Shown in pieces: positions 47,752-59,918 of a DNA stretch of 64,000 bases. The translations under genes and the position numbers were made by a program. This DNA is from an uncultured Phycisphaerales bacterium (GTDB lineage: Bacteria; Planctomycetota; Phycisphaerae; Tepidisphaerales; Tepidisphaeraceae), in the NCBI GenBank assembly GCA_963844715.1, contig CAWJPJ010000001.1:32001-96000 (forward strand). The letters are read 5' to 3'. The notes beneath the pieces are model-generated. The model did not search any database. It saw only the letters and a program-made list of their open reading frames with translations, and was not told the DNA's origin. Numbering within the stretch: position 1 is the first letter of the stretch; each line of letters begins with the position of its first letter.

Positions 47752-49060
47752 ATGAGTCGTTCCAGCCGCCAGATGCTCGACGAGCTATCGCATTATGTGG
47801 TAGCCGATCCCTATCCCTTCGTGATCGATCTGGAAAAATGCCATGGCGCGTGGCTGGTCACCCTGGAGGGAAAGGAAATCTTCGATTGGGCCGGCTACTT
47901 CGGGGCGAAACTCATCGCCCACAATCACCCGGGGCTCAGCGAGCCGGAGTATTTGAAGCAGCTTTGCCTGGCCGCCAACAACAAGACTGCCAATCCCGAT
48001 TTTCTGACGCCCCAATGCCTCGATTACTACCGCCTGCTGTACGAGCTCGCTCCGAGAAGCATGCACAGCCTCGATTGGAAGTTTATGCCGTCAATTCTGG
48101 CGCCGAGGCCGTCGAGAACATGATGAAGTATTTCATCAATCTCCAACGCCAGAAGCTCAAGCGCGCGGGCAAGACCCCGGCGGCAAGCCGGTTCGTTTAT
48201 TTCGATCAGGCGTTTCACGGGCGAACGATCTTCGCCCTCAACGTCACGCAGCTTTCCGACGATCCGGTCATCACCAAGGATTTTCACGGAATCGTGCGCG
48301 GCAATATTGAAGTCCCCTTCCCCTACGTCGATTTCGAAAAGCCCGATCCGGAAAACCAGGCGACCACCGATCGCACGCTGCAAACCATTGATGGCTTTCT
48401 GACGGCATTCGCCGACGAAATCGCCGGCGTGATCGTTGAGCCCCTCCAGGGCGCCGGCGGGCACCGCGTCGCCCTCTCTCGATTTTTCGAGCAGCTAAGC
48501 GAGCTATGCCACCGGCACGACTGCTTTCTCGGTTTCGACGAGGTGCAAACCGCCGGCGGACAAACCGGGACGTTCTGGGCCATCGATCAGTTCAATCTTC
48601 CGCATCCGCCGCAGGCCGTGGCGTCGGCGAAAAAACTGGGCAACGGCGTCGTCTATATGCTTTATCCGATGGAGGACCACGGCGTTCTCGATAGCACCTG
48701 GGGCGGAAATCTGGCGGACATGGTTCGATTTGTGCAGGAAATGAAAATCGTTCGCCGCGAAAACCTTATCGAACAGGTCCCAGAAAAAGCGCACGACTGA
48801 CCGCAGGGCTATTTGATTTGGCAGCGAAATACCCCGGGATGATCCATAATCCCCGCGGATTGGGCCTCTATCAGGGTTTTAGCCTGCGGGACCCATTAAC
48901 TGCGACAAATTTTCTTACCCACGCGCTGGAGGACGAGTCTCTTCTACTTTTGGGAGCGGGCGCCCATAGCATCCGCGTGCGCCCATCTTTGAGCATAAAT
49001 GAAACAGAAATTGACCTTCTTTATAAAAAATTGGATCGAATTTTGCAGAAATTGATGTAA
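47752..49060 (+). CDS. Class III PLP aminotransferase (L-lysine 6-transaminase-like; frameshifted)
   Basis: NSGAEAVEN, AFHGRT, IVEPLQGAGG, FDEVQT, STWGGN, RGLGL. Confidence 0.88.
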
Positions 49061-49073
49061 AATACCTCCGGCC

Positions 49074-49900
49074 ATGTTGAAAAAGGGGGCCAGCATCATC
49101 ACGCCCACGCGTTGTCGGGAGCGATTCCTCCCACACGCATATAAGGGGTTGTGCGCCCAGACATTTACCGATTGGGAATGGCTCGTCGATGACGATAGCC
49201 CCATCCCCTCTTCGTTCATGACGTCCCTCTCCGACCCGCGCGTGCGTTACCACCATGATCCGACTTCCCGTAGCGTTGGCAACAAACGCAACGACCTGAT
49301 CGAGCGGTCCGAAAGCGACACCATTGTCCATTTTGACGACGACGACTATTACGCCCCGAATTACCTGGCGAGCATGATCTCCACGATGCGCCAGGCCAAC
49401 GCTGATTTCATCAAACTCTCTTCATACTACTTGTATAGCACCCTGACCGGGACGGTGGCGTACTGGAATATGCACATCACCAAGGGGCTCCACTTCGCCT
49501 GGGACGGCGGAGACGTGCAACCCGTCATCCTCACCAACGAAAACAATCAGGGGTTCATCGAGAATTATTTAGGGTATGGCTTTTCGTATGTTTACAAGAG
49601 GAGCTTGTGGGGTGCTCAAAGATACCCGGACGAAAGCGGCCCGGAAGATGGCAAGTTTCTCAGGTCCGTCTATCACGGACGTAACTTGCTTTGCGTCGAC
49701 GATCAGATGGGGATCTGCATTCACGTTCTACATGGGAAAAACCTCTCGTTCTGCTACCCACAATTTTTCCTGCCTCAGTTTTTGACCAAGCACCTATTCC
49801 CCAATGCGTTCGAATTCCTCGAGGCGGTCACGCATAAAGCGACGGAGCTTCCCGCTCGACCGGCCCCCGAGGAAGCCGTGGCCGGCGCAAAAAGCCTAAA
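49074..49900 (+). CDS. Family 2 glycosyltransferase (3' end uncertain; ORF track runs to 50003 over priA)
   Basis: SIITPT, EWLVDDDS, SVGNKRN, IVHFDDDDYYAPNYL, ED. Confidence 0.85.
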
Positions 49901-49912
49901 AGTCTTTGGCGT

Positions 49913-52275
49913 TTACAGCAGGGACACCGGATCGACATCGACCGCGACCCGATCCGCGCTTTCCAGCCCCCCCGCCGTTCGAACCGCGTCGAGTAACTTC
50001 TGAATAGGCTCGGCCGTCGGGCTGCTGAGCACGATTTGCTGGCGGTGATACCCGGCGATGCGCACAATCGCGCACGGCATGGGGCCGCGGATTCGCACGG
50101 GGGATTTCAGGCTTTCCGCCGCCGCGCCGATTCGCCGCGCCGTTTCCGCCGCCAATTCCAGGATCGCCTCCTGATCCTGATGCCGCAGGATGATCCGCGC
50201 CATCCGCGCAAACGGCGGCAACCCGACCTCGCGGCGGCCGACCATCTCATTGGTTGCGAAGCTCGCAAAATCCTGGCTCAGCGCCGCCCGAATCGTCGGA
50301 TCCTCCGGCAGAAATGTCTGCACGGCAACGCGGCCCGGGGCATCGCCGCGCCCGGCCCGGCCGGCGACCTGCGTGATGAGCTGAAACGTCCTTTCCGCCG
50401 ATCGAAAATCCGGCAGCGCCAGCGCCGTGTCCGCGCTGATCACCCCCACCAGCGTCACATTCGGATAATCCAGCCCCTTGGCGATCATCTGCGTGCCGAG
50501 CATCACCTGAATCTCGCCGCGCGCGAATCGGGCCAGAACCGCCTCGTAATCGCCCGCCTGCCGCATCGTATCGCTGTCCACGCGGGCGAGTTTTATGTCG
50601 GGGAATTTCCGCACCAGTTCCTCCTCCACCCGCTGCGTTCCCAGCCCGTACAAACTGAGCTGTTTCCCGCAAACCGGACACGCCGTCGGCAAAGGATTCA
50701 CCGCCAGGCAATAATGGCAATGCAACTGCCCGGTATGCACACCCTCGCTGGTTTTGCCGCTGTGCGCGCTGCGCCTCGGCCGACCGATGGTACGTCATCG
50801 TCGCGTCGCAGTATTTGCACTGAACCACGTTCCCGCACGACCGGCAATAAATGTAATTCGCGTATCCGCGCCGATTGAGAAGGATGATCGCCTGGCGTTT
50901 CGCGTCGATCGTCGCGCGCAACAGATGCTCCAGGCGGCGCGAGATCAGATGAATTCCCTTCCGAAGCCGCTGCTCCTGGCGCATGTCCACAAGTTCCACC
51001 GTCGGCATCGCCAGCCCGCGCACCCGCCGCGGCAGGTTCAGATAGTGATATCGCCCCGTCTTGAGCGCGTCGGATTCGTCCTTGCAGCGGCGATACATTT
51101 CCAATGAAGGCGTCGCGCTGCCGAGAATAACCGGCACGCCCTCGATCTGCGCACCGTTTGACGGCGACGTCGCGCCCGTTGTAGCGCGGGGCCTGATCCT
51201 GCTTGTAACTGGCGTCGTGCTCCTCATCGACAACGATAATTCCCAGCTTCGGCAGCGGCGCAAACACCGCCGACCGGGCCCCCACCACCACATCCGCCTG
51301 GCCGGTCATGATCTGCTGCCAAAATCGATGCCGCTGGGTCGCGGTTAAGCCGCTGTGCAGCACGGCGACGCGCTCGAACCGCGCCATAAACCGCCGCACC
51401 GTCTGCGGCGTCAGGGCGATCTCCGGGACCAGAACCAGCGCCTGTTTCCCGGCCTCCACGCATCGCGCGATGCACTGAAGATAAATCTCCGTCTTTCCGC
51501 TCCCCGTTACCCCGTGGAGAAGATTCACGCTGAATCCTCCCCCTAGAATTCGCGGCTCAAGCTCGGCGAAGATTTTCCGCTGATCTTCGTTCAATTCGAT
51601 TTGCTTTTCGTCTGCCTCTCCGCGCGGCAGTTCCCGCACCAGCTCGGGCAAATCCGGCTCAGCGCGGATCGAGATCAACCCCAGCCCCGCCAATTTTCGA
51701 ACCGTCCCCGGCGACACGCCCGCCTCCCCCGCGAGTCGAATCAGTTCAACCCCGGCATCCTGTTCCAGTTGCAGCAACCGCGCCAGGATCGCCCGCCGCT
51801 TGCGCGCCTTCGTCTTCTCCAGAAATCCCTGGATTGACGCCCGATCCTGGTTCAGGCGGACGATCTGGTTGTATCCCAACCCCGTGCGGCGTTTTACCGC
51901 CGAGGGAATGACGCTATCCAAAACGATGCCCAGCGGGGTCGCGTAATAGCGGGCCATCCAGCGGGCCAGTTCCAGCAGCCGGGCGTTAACGAGCACGCGA
52001 TCGTCCTCGATCGCCGCGATATTTTTGATTCTCGGATAATCCGTCTTGGCGTGAATCGAAACAACGTACCCGTGCGCCGGCCGATTCGATTTCCCCAGCG
52101 GCACCTTCACGCGCTGCCCGATCTGCAATCGCGTCGCCAGCCGCGGCGGAATCGAATAATCCAAAACGCGGTCGATCCCCTGCTCCAAAGCCACCCCCGC
52201 CAACGGACCCGCGGAATCCGCGGCTTCGACCGATTCTTCATGACCGAAAAGGGTATTGGCGTTGCTCACTGTCAT
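49913..52275 (-). CDS. priA: Primosomal protein N' (frameshifted)
   Basis: GVTGSGKTEIY, LVPEIALTPQ, DEEHD.SYKQ, GSATPS, Zn-binding Cys pairs, GTQMIAKGLD, QVAGRAGR. Confidence 0.96.
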
Positions 52276-52375
52276 CAGTTTAGTGCGTCCCACCCACGGC
52301 GACCAATGAAAGTTTAGGGGCGAATGCCGCCTGACTTCCGCGCACCCCTCTCGCCGGTTAAACTCCCATCCCAAC

Positions 52376-53280
52376 ATGACCGACTCGCCCGCTTTATCTC
52401 ACATCGACGAAGGAATCTTCGGCTCCGGCACATTCGGCCGCCCGCGCGGAGCGGCGGCGCAGGCGGTGGTCGTCATCGCCATGCTTGTCGCCTGGGTGAT
52501 CTTCGGATTTGCCGCGCGTTGGCTCGGCGTGCCGGAATTGCCCCATTTTGACGGCAGCCTGTTCCTCGGCACATCCCCCGTCTCGTCCCTGTTGATCGTG
52601 GCGGTTTTGCTCATCGTGTGCACTCTGGTTTGCACGATCATCGCCGGCTGCGTCCGATTCGAGGCCGGTCTGTTCGCCGCCTGTTTCGGAATGATCGCCA
52701 TCTCGCTTCGCGGCGGGACGACTCAATCCGTGCTCTTCGAATCCGGCTGCGATCCCCATGTTTATTCAATCCTGGCGGCGGAGATGTTCGTCCTGGCCGC
52801 GGTGGTCGGTTTGGCTTGGGTGATGCTTTGGTTCATGGGCCGCGCCGGAATGATCCGGCCGATTCCAGATCACGTCCCCCCCGAACCGATCCCGAGCGAA
52901 GGGGCCCTTGCCGGAACCAGCGCGCTGGTCGCGCAGGCCGTCGCAACCACCATATTGATGATGCTCTTTTGCCAGTCGCAGGCCAAATTTCAGACGCTGG
53001 CATCCGTGTTTATCTCCTCCGCATTCGGCGCAATGATCGCCTATGGCGTGTTTCCCGCGCGCCCAAGCACGTGGTACTGGGTCGGCGCCCTTCTCGTGGG
53101 ATTCGTGGGATATTTGCTCGCCGCCTCGGGTCAGGATGCCGGCCTTGCCATCGGCGTCCCGCAGGGATATTTCGCCCCGCTGGCGCGTCCGCTCCCCCTG
53201 GATTACGCCAGCATGGGCACGGCCGGTGCGATCTTCGGGTATTGGACGATTCGCAATCGGCGCATTTCTGCGCTTCTTCC
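52376..53280 (+). CDS. Hypothetical multi-pass membrane protein (stop probably lost to an indel)
   Basis: Many hydrophobic helices ending ..PLPLDYAS.G.AGAIFGYW; the ORF runs on into the convergent gene. Confidence 0.7.
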
Positions 53281-53282
53281 CC

Positions 53283-55454
53283 TCACACCACTTCTTCCAG
53301 ATCCGCCGGTACGCCTCTTCCATTTTCCGCGCAAACCCCGGGCCATCCATGAGCGGCGACTTTTCCAGCCGCCCTCGCAAAGACTGCCTCAATCGATCCA
53401 GCGCCGGCAAGTCGCTCGCCAGCCTCGCCACGATGCGCGCAAAATCCTCCTCGTCCTTCGCGACCAGATCCGGCAGATTCAGATTCTTCGCATGCGTCAG
53501 CCCCACCCGCCCCGGCGGAGTTTGCCCGGGCAGCGTGATCACCGGCACCCCCATCCACAGCGCGTCCAGGCTGGTCGTGTGGCCGTTGTACGGAAGCGTG
53601 TCCAGGCAGATATCGATCCGGTTGTAATTCTCCAGATATTCCAGCCGCTGAACGTGTTCCAAAAACCCGATTCGATCGGACTCGATCCCCAATCCCCGCA
53701 TCTTCTCCAGAAATCTCGGCCGGGCCGACCCCTTCGGAGCCAGCACGAGCAAACGCGACCCGGCGACCGCCTTGAGCGCCGACGCCCATAGGGAAAGCGT
53801 CGCGTCGCTGGTTTTGCAGAAATTGTTCAGCGAGCCGAAGGTGACATGCCCCGCCGACAGCGCCGGCAGCGCATTCACGCCCGGGTCGATCCCCAGCGAG
53901 TCGTAAACCCAGAAACAATCGGCGATATAAATCGGCTCTTCCGCAAAGGGATAGACGCCGCCGCCGGGCTCCAGATTTTCGTCGGTGACGCGATAGTCCA
54001 TCGTCTCCAGCCCGCTCGATCCCGGATATCCCAGCCAACTGACCTGCACCGGCGCCGGCTTTCGCGCCAGCACCATCAGCCGATTTTCCGAGCAATGCAA
54101 TTTCGCGTCGATCAGCACGTCGATCTTGTCCCGTCGGATCATCTCGGCGACATCCTTGTCCGATTTCCCGATCGTCACGCCGCCACTCATCGGCATAGCC
54201 GCGGAACTTCTCGGTCATCCAATCGCCGTTATCCATTTGGGAGTAAAGGAAGACCTCAACATTGTTGTGATCATGGTTTTTCAAGAGCGGATCGAGAAAG
54301 AACGCGCAGGCGTGATACCGGTAATCGGCCGACACGTACCCAATGCGCAGCCGCCGATCGGGATCGGGGTCGTTCCCGTGCGGACGGATTTCCCCGCGCA
54401 GCGGAACCGCGCGGCGCTCGTTCCACTTTTTCAGTTCCTCGACGATCGCCGGCAAGTCGTAATCCGCCGAGTAATGGACCGCCAGAATGAGATTGCTGTC
54501 GCTGTCAGGCATATCAGCACGCAGCGAGACGGCGCGGCGGAAACTGTCAATCGCTTCCGAAACTCGCCCCATGTCCTTCAGAGCGTTCCCCATGTTGTTG
54601 TAACTCTCCGCGTGGTCCGGATTGGCGGCGATCGACTTCATATAAGCGTCAATCGCCCCGTCCAAGTCGCCCGCCGCGCGCAGCGCCACGCCCAGGTTGT
54701 AATACCCGTCGCGAAGTTTGGGATCGAGTTCGACTCCCCGGCGGCATTCCGCAACCGCCTCGGCGCTCCGTCCCTGAAGACGCAGAGTCTCCCCAAGATT
54801 GACGTGCGCATGCGCGGCCCCGGGAGAGACGGCGACCATCTTGCGGTAGACCTCCTCCGCCTCCTCAGTCCGCCGCAGATGCAGCAGACTCACGCCCAGA
54901 TTATTCAACGCCATCAGATGATCGGGCACCAGCGCCAAAACCTGGCGGTACGCCTCGATGGATTCCTCCAATTGCTCGTTGCCCTGATACGCAACGCCCA
55001 GGTTGTACGTCAGGTCGAGCGTCATCCGTCCGTGGCGAAGCGCTTTTTTGCACACTTCGATGGCCTCGACCGCCCTTCCCACCGGGACGAGAATGCTGCT
55101 GAGATTCAGCGACGCCTCGGCAAAATCCTCGCGCTGCGAAAGCGCCCGCTGGAACGCGCGGATCGCCTCATCGATCTTCCCCAGCCGGGTGAAGACCGCG
55201 CCGAGGTTGAACGCGTAATCGGATCGCGATGGATTGACGCTGATGGCCCGCTGAATCAACTCCGGTGACAATTCCCCTTTTCCCAATTCAAAAAGCACCA
55301 GACCCAGCAGATGCAGAGCATCTCCGTCGTTGGGTGATTGTGCCAGCACCCGGCGATAAATCTTCTCCGCCTCGGAAAATTTGCCCGAGTGCCGGCAGAT
55401 TTTCGCGGCTTCCATCAGTTCCGGGATCGATTTGTTCTGCAGCAGCTTTTCCAC
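53283..55454 (-). CDS. TPR + GT41 O-GlcNAc/O-fucosyltransferase-like protein (OGT/SPINDLY family; frameshifted, ends approximate)
   Basis: N-terminal TPRs, RLRIGYVSAD..H, KPAPVQVSWLGYP, FGSLNNFCK, DICLDTLPYNGHTTSLDALWMGVPV. Confidence 0.9.
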   Translation of the reverse strand: MEKLLQNKSIPELMEAAKICRHSGKFSEAEKIYRRVLAQSPNDGDALHLLGLVLFELGKGELSPELIQRAISVNPSRSDYAFNLGAVFTRLGKIDEAIRAFQRALSQREDFAEASLNLSSILVPVGRAVEAIEVCKKALRHGRMTLDLTYNLGVAYQGNEQLEESIEAYRQVLALVPDHLMALNNLGVSLLHLRRTEEAEEVYRKMVAVSPGAAHAHVNLGETLRLQGRSAEAVAECRRGVELDPKLRDGYYNLGVALRAAGDLDGAIDAYMKSIAANPDHAESYNNMGNALKDMGRVSEAIDSFRRAVSLRADMPDSDSNLILAVHYSADYDLPAIVEELKKWNERRAVPLRGEIRPHGNDPDPDRRLRIGYVSADYRYHACAFFLDPLLKNHDHNNVEVFLYSQMDNGDWMTEKFRGYADEWRRDDREIGQGCRRDDPTGQDRRADRREIALLGKSADGAGAKAGAGAGQLAGISGIERAGDDGLSRHRRKSGARRRRLSLCGRADLYRRLFLGLRLAGDRPGRECAAGAVGGACHLRLAEQFLQNQRRDAFPMGVGAQGGRRVAFARAGSEGVGPAEISGEDAGIGDRVRSNRVFGTRSAAGISGELQPDRYLPGHASVQRPHDQPGRAVDGGAGDHAARANSAGAGGADACEESESAGSGREGRGGFCAHRGEAGERLAGAGSIEAVFARAAGKVAAHGWPGVCAENGRGVPADLEEVV

Positions 55455-55580
55455 GCTGATTCTCGAAAATGCCCACGACGCCGGCGCGTAGCCGGTTGAT
55501 GCCTTTTGGGGGATCTCCTCGCAAAGAGCGGCAGAACCGCAAGCCGCCCTTTTGTTGCCGCAGGTATCCCCCTGCGTCAT

Positions 55581-57583
55581 TTATTTTGGCGAAACTTGCT
55601 TCGCCTGCTGATTTTCCTTCAGCGCCTCCGCAAGGTTGCGCCGCGCCAGATCAAAATTCGGGTCAGCCGTCAATGCCGCTTCAAATTCGCCAATCGCCTC
55701 GGGCCAATTCTTCTGCCGCGCGTAGACATCGCCCAGATTGTTCATGGCGCGGGCGTCGCCCGGGCGCCTTTGCAAGACGGATTGGTATTCCCGCGACGCC
55801 TGCTCGAAATTCCCCTGGGCGAGATATGCATTGCCCAGACCCGTGTGAGCGGGAACGGAATCCGGATCAATCTTCAATGCCGCCCGATATTCGGCGATCG
55901 CCCCATCCGTGTCACCTTGCTCCAACATTATGACAGCAAGATTGTCGCGTGCCATCTCAAAATCAGGGCGAATTTTGATCGCCTCGCTGTACGCCTCCTC
56001 GGCCAGCCGCCGGTTCTCATCCCCGGTCACTGAGCCGTATACCCACCCCAACCTGTAAAATGGTTCGCTCCGCATGTTATTAATGACGGATTCTTGCGAT
56101 TCCGGCGAGTCCTGAATCGCCCGTTTAAGCCAAGCGATGGCCCCGGCATCATCCCCCAGCGCGGCCCGGCAGACGCCTATCCGCGTCTCCAGCAATCCAT
56201 CCCCCGGACGCAGCCCCAGGGCTTTGCGGAATTGGACCTCCGCCCCATTCCAATCCCCCGCGTCGGCAAGAGTCTGCCCATAGTTGGCCACGACGATCCA
56301 CGAGTCAGGATTCTTTTTCAGCGTGTCCGCCCAAAGAGTCGCCCGATCGGAAAAAACTTCGCATCGAGCCGCCGACAAGCCGCAACAGACTGCTGCGATA
56401 GCCAACACGACAGGCACGCCGATTGCGCGGAAAATTTCCACAGCCCCGCGCAAAACAGGGCGATCGGCCCGATGCACGCCAAATACTGAAAATGATCCGC
56501 GACGAACGAATACCGCATCGGAAAAACATTCGCAAAACCCAGCGCCGGCGAAAGCGTGCCGACGAAAAACAGCGCACACGCAATCGGCCCGCGCCCCCGC
56601 CGCTTTCGTCGCAGCCAGAGAAAAATCAATACTCCGATTGCCGTTAGCGGATAAAGGAGCTGAGCCGGGCGATGTGCCGGATCGACGTTCCACCGTGGAT
56701 AGATGAAGCTGAGATGGAATGGCCAGACCAGTTTTCCAAAGTAAAACCAAACCGCGTGACCGGCGATCACGACTCTCTGAAGCCACGTGAACTGAAAATC
56801 CGGCCCGACCGCGCCAACGACGTGCCTTTCCATCCAACTGGTAATCGACCCCATCACCGCGCCGGCCAGAAACATGGGAAGAAGCGGCGGCACATCGCTC
56901 CACTTCAATTTTCCGCGACGCCACCAGATGACCAGAAGAATCGCGGCGGGCAGAGTGCAGACAACCGATTTGGCCAAAATTGCCGCCAGAAAAAGGATCA
57001 GGCTCACTACGTACCAGCCGAGGTGGAAACCCCCTCCCCTGCCCTCCCCCGGAGTACCGAGGGAGGGAGTAATTGCTCGAAAATACGTCAACGCCGAAAG
57101 AAAATAGAGCAGGCCCGACAGCACATTCTTTCGCTCCGTCGCCCAGGCGACGCTTTCCACTTGCAACGGTTGAACGCAAAACAGAAGCGCCGCACCCCAC
57201 GCTCCGGGGATTTCCAATCGCAACAGCAACCGCCAAAGCGCGATCGCCCCCAGCGTGTGGAGGATCACGTTATCGACGTGGTACGGCAGCGGATTGGCGC
57301 CGAAGAAATGGTACTCAATCCAGAATGACGTGTGCGTCAGCGGATACCACTGCGGCTCGGAATCGAGTTTCGACCAGATTCGCCCCAAGCCTGCCGGGGT
57401 CAGAAGCTGCACGTTCCCGTGAATGTAATAGTCGTCGTCCCAGACAAAACCATTCCGCAGGACCGGAAAATAGGCGAACACCGAAGCCAGGATCAGAGTT
57501 ACGGCGGGAAGGAGTACGCGCGGCGGGGGCGTCGTCGGAAATGTGCAGCCAAGCCACGTGCTTTTATTCGGCGATGATGTCAA
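55581..57583 (-). CDS. TMTC-like GT-C + TPR protein, paralog 5 (frameshifted; start approximate)
   Basis: FVWDDD, QWYPLT, VESVAWATERKNVLS, FVADHFQYL, TPRs. Confidence 0.87.
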
Positions 57584-58735
57584 TGGGCGTGGTCGCCTCC
57601 GCTACGCGGCTCGATTGCGGATCGGTTATCGTCACCTTCAGAAGATATCTTCCGATCGTCAGCGCTTCCGGCAAGTGTACCTTCGCGCGATGAAGAAATC
57701 ATGCCGCCGGGCGTGCGCCACGTCCACGAATAATTCCGCGTTCGATTTTTCCGGCCAAACCGCCATCCCGCTTTCCGTGTACAGCGTCATCTCCTGCTTC
57801 AGCCGGGTTTCCCACATCTTGTCGTTGTTCTGCGTCGATGAAAAATTCGCCACTTCGCTGTAGACGATCACCTCGTTATCCGCCCCGGCTGGGAACCGGC
57901 ACGACGGAACTTCCTTATACACCGCGAAACTATCCACCCGCGTGCATAGCGCGATCACCGGGATCGCCAGCTCCGCCTGCTGATGCAACCGATCCACCAT
58001 ATCCACCAGCGGCTGGATCTTGCTCCCCAGCATCTGGTCCCCATCCGCCCGAACCGTGTTGCGGAAATTGTTGATCCCATCCAGAAGCGCCGAAAGAATC
58101 TCCTTATCCTCCGACGTCAAACCCGAAATCGTCGACAAATCCGGCGTCGGCTCATCGCGCACGAACCGGAGCAGTTCGTAATCGATCTGATTCCCGAGAT
58201 CGCGGGGATAGTCGATCACATTCTGATACAGCTTCTTCTCATAGTCGTCGGTCGGCACATTCACCCCGCTTGCCGTCGTCGAATCGGTGATATGGTCCGC
58301 GCTCTCCGGCAGAATCTGCGGAACGTCATCATCCATCTTCGCCGCCGCCAGACTAGCCGGGCGGTTCGGCTGATTGTCCGGAGTCACGACCGGCTGAGTC
58401 GCCGGTGCCACCGCGACGACTGCCGCCGGCTCCATCGGATGCGGATGGTTCGGCTCCCCCCACTGCACAATCGAAGGCTGCGTCGCCGGCAGCGTCCCCC
58501 CCGTATCCTGCTGCTCCAACAGCGGCGACATGTCCCGCGCATACTGCCGAGTCTTCCGAGCCAGCACCCCCGCCTCGTCCACAAACTGCGCCTGCGGAAC
58601 CGCATCCGGCGCCGCGACCGGGGCGACAATCGGCTGCACCGGCGCCCTAGCCGCGGTCGAACCGCTTCCATGACAACCCAGGGCACTCAATGTTCCAGCA
58701 AGAATTAAAGAAGGAAAGATCCGGGATATGCGCAT
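57564..58735 (-). CDS. Hypothetical lipoprotein with C-terminal Ig-like beta domain (indel near 57690)
   Basis: Lipobox ALGC, Pro/Ala linker, ALCTRVDSF..VIVYSEV.NF; shifted tail GRYLLKVTITD. Confidence 0.7.
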
Positions 58736-58819
58736 AAGCCATCCTTGGCTAACGCAATGCAGTATATCACCCCATTTCAGGTTTGGAAGTGACGCGAGTC
58801 TGATAGAATTTCATTTCCT

Positions 58820-59866
58820 ATGAGGCATTTGCCGCTGGTTATTTGCCTTTTATGCCTGTCATGTCAGTCAGCCAGACCTTCCCCCGCCCCTGTTGCCGCT
58901 AGTGCGCCGCCTACCGCCGAGCCGGTCGCGCGAACGCTCGTCGATCCGGACGAAGTCAAGTACCTTTGGTTGCAGTACTCGGTCAAGGAGGGAGATCGAC
59001 ACCGCGGCGAACAGTTCGCCCGGTTGGCCGGCGCTATCGGAGCAATGAGAATGAATATTCCTCCCACGCCCGTTTCCGAGCCCGAAGCCCTCTCCCTACT
59101 TGGACTGCCCGATTATGGCGCCAACGACGGAACCGAGACTACCTATGTTTACGACTATTCAGAGGGAGGGAAAATCAATGATTCTTCTGCTGTTCTCGGT
59201 TTTGATCACGGCTTTTTAACCGGTTTCGGCTGGGGCGGCACCAATATCAACGATTACCGCCACTATACAAAATTCCACGATTGGAGCGATGTCAACAACA
59301 TGTGGCGCATGGCATTGCTCCGCATTGGGAAATTCGATTTGCAAGACGTCAACGCTATCGCACCCCCTCTTTCCGACAATAGCCCTATGTGCCAACCCTA
59401 TTGCGTCGCTCGTCTCGTCGAGCTATCGGATCGTTTACGGTTTTACTGGGGTGACTACAATGAAAACGAAGCCAATCGAGCGCGCGGCGACCGCTTCGCG
59501 GATTTGGCAATGACGCTGGCCGATTTTCGGATTTCACATCCATCGATTCCAGTCACGGAAATGGAGGTCCTGTCTTTCCTGGGGCTTCCCGACTGCGGCA
59601 TGGCCTATGGCAGGCAAACCTTCTATCGCTATTCCTATTGGAGCTCCGCCTCAAACTCGCGCTGGGAATTCGTCGCAATCCTAAACGACGGGCAGCTGGC
59701 TGAAATGGGTGTCAACAAAGCCGGTGTAAATAACTACAGCGACTTTACAGTCTTCCAAACCTGGGACGACATCTATCACTTCTGGCGAAGTTCCCTCCCC
59801 CAGTTGAACGGCCCCGAAGTCGGCGTTTTGCCATGGTGTCCCCACTGGCAACCGCAGAACCCCTAA
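58820..59866 (+). CDS. Hypothetical lipoprotein made of two homologous ~120-aa domains
   Basis: Lipobox LSC; repeated RG..FA.LA....P..PV.E.E.LS.LGLPD.G...Y.Y...N.Y....F..W.D...W. Confidence 0.7.
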   Translation: MRHLPLVICLLCLSCQSARPSPAPVAASAPPTAEPVARTLVDPDEVKYLWLQYSVKEGDRHRGEQFARLAGAIGAMRMNIPPTPVSEPEALSLLGLPDYGANDGTETTYVYDYSEGGKINDSSAVLGFDHGFLTGFGWGGTNINDYRHYTKFHDWSDVNNMWRMALLRIGKFDLQDVNAIAPPLSDNSPMCQPYCVARLVELSDRLRFYWGDYNENEANRARGDRFADLAMTLADFRISHPSIPVTEMEVLSFLGLPDCGMAYGRQTFYRYSYWSSASNSRWEFVAILNDGQLAEMGVNKAGVNNYSDFTVFQTWDDIYHFWRSSLPQLNGPEVGVLPWCPHWQPQNP

Positions 59867-59890
59867 CAAGCCCTTCCGACCCCCTCCACC

Positions 59891-59918
59891 TTGACAACTT
59901 TCCCCCCTCCCGTACGAT
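59891..59918 (+). promoter_or_regulatory. Sigma70-like promoter upstream of the tRNA-Gln/glmU cluster
   Basis: TTGACA-16 nt-TACGAT. Confidence 0.55.

Noticed and set aside
52376..54196. Long antiparallel overlap between the membrane-protein ORF and the GT41 ORF
   Set aside because: Both lose protein-like character past about 53250-53290, consistent with stops lost to an indel at the convergent junction.
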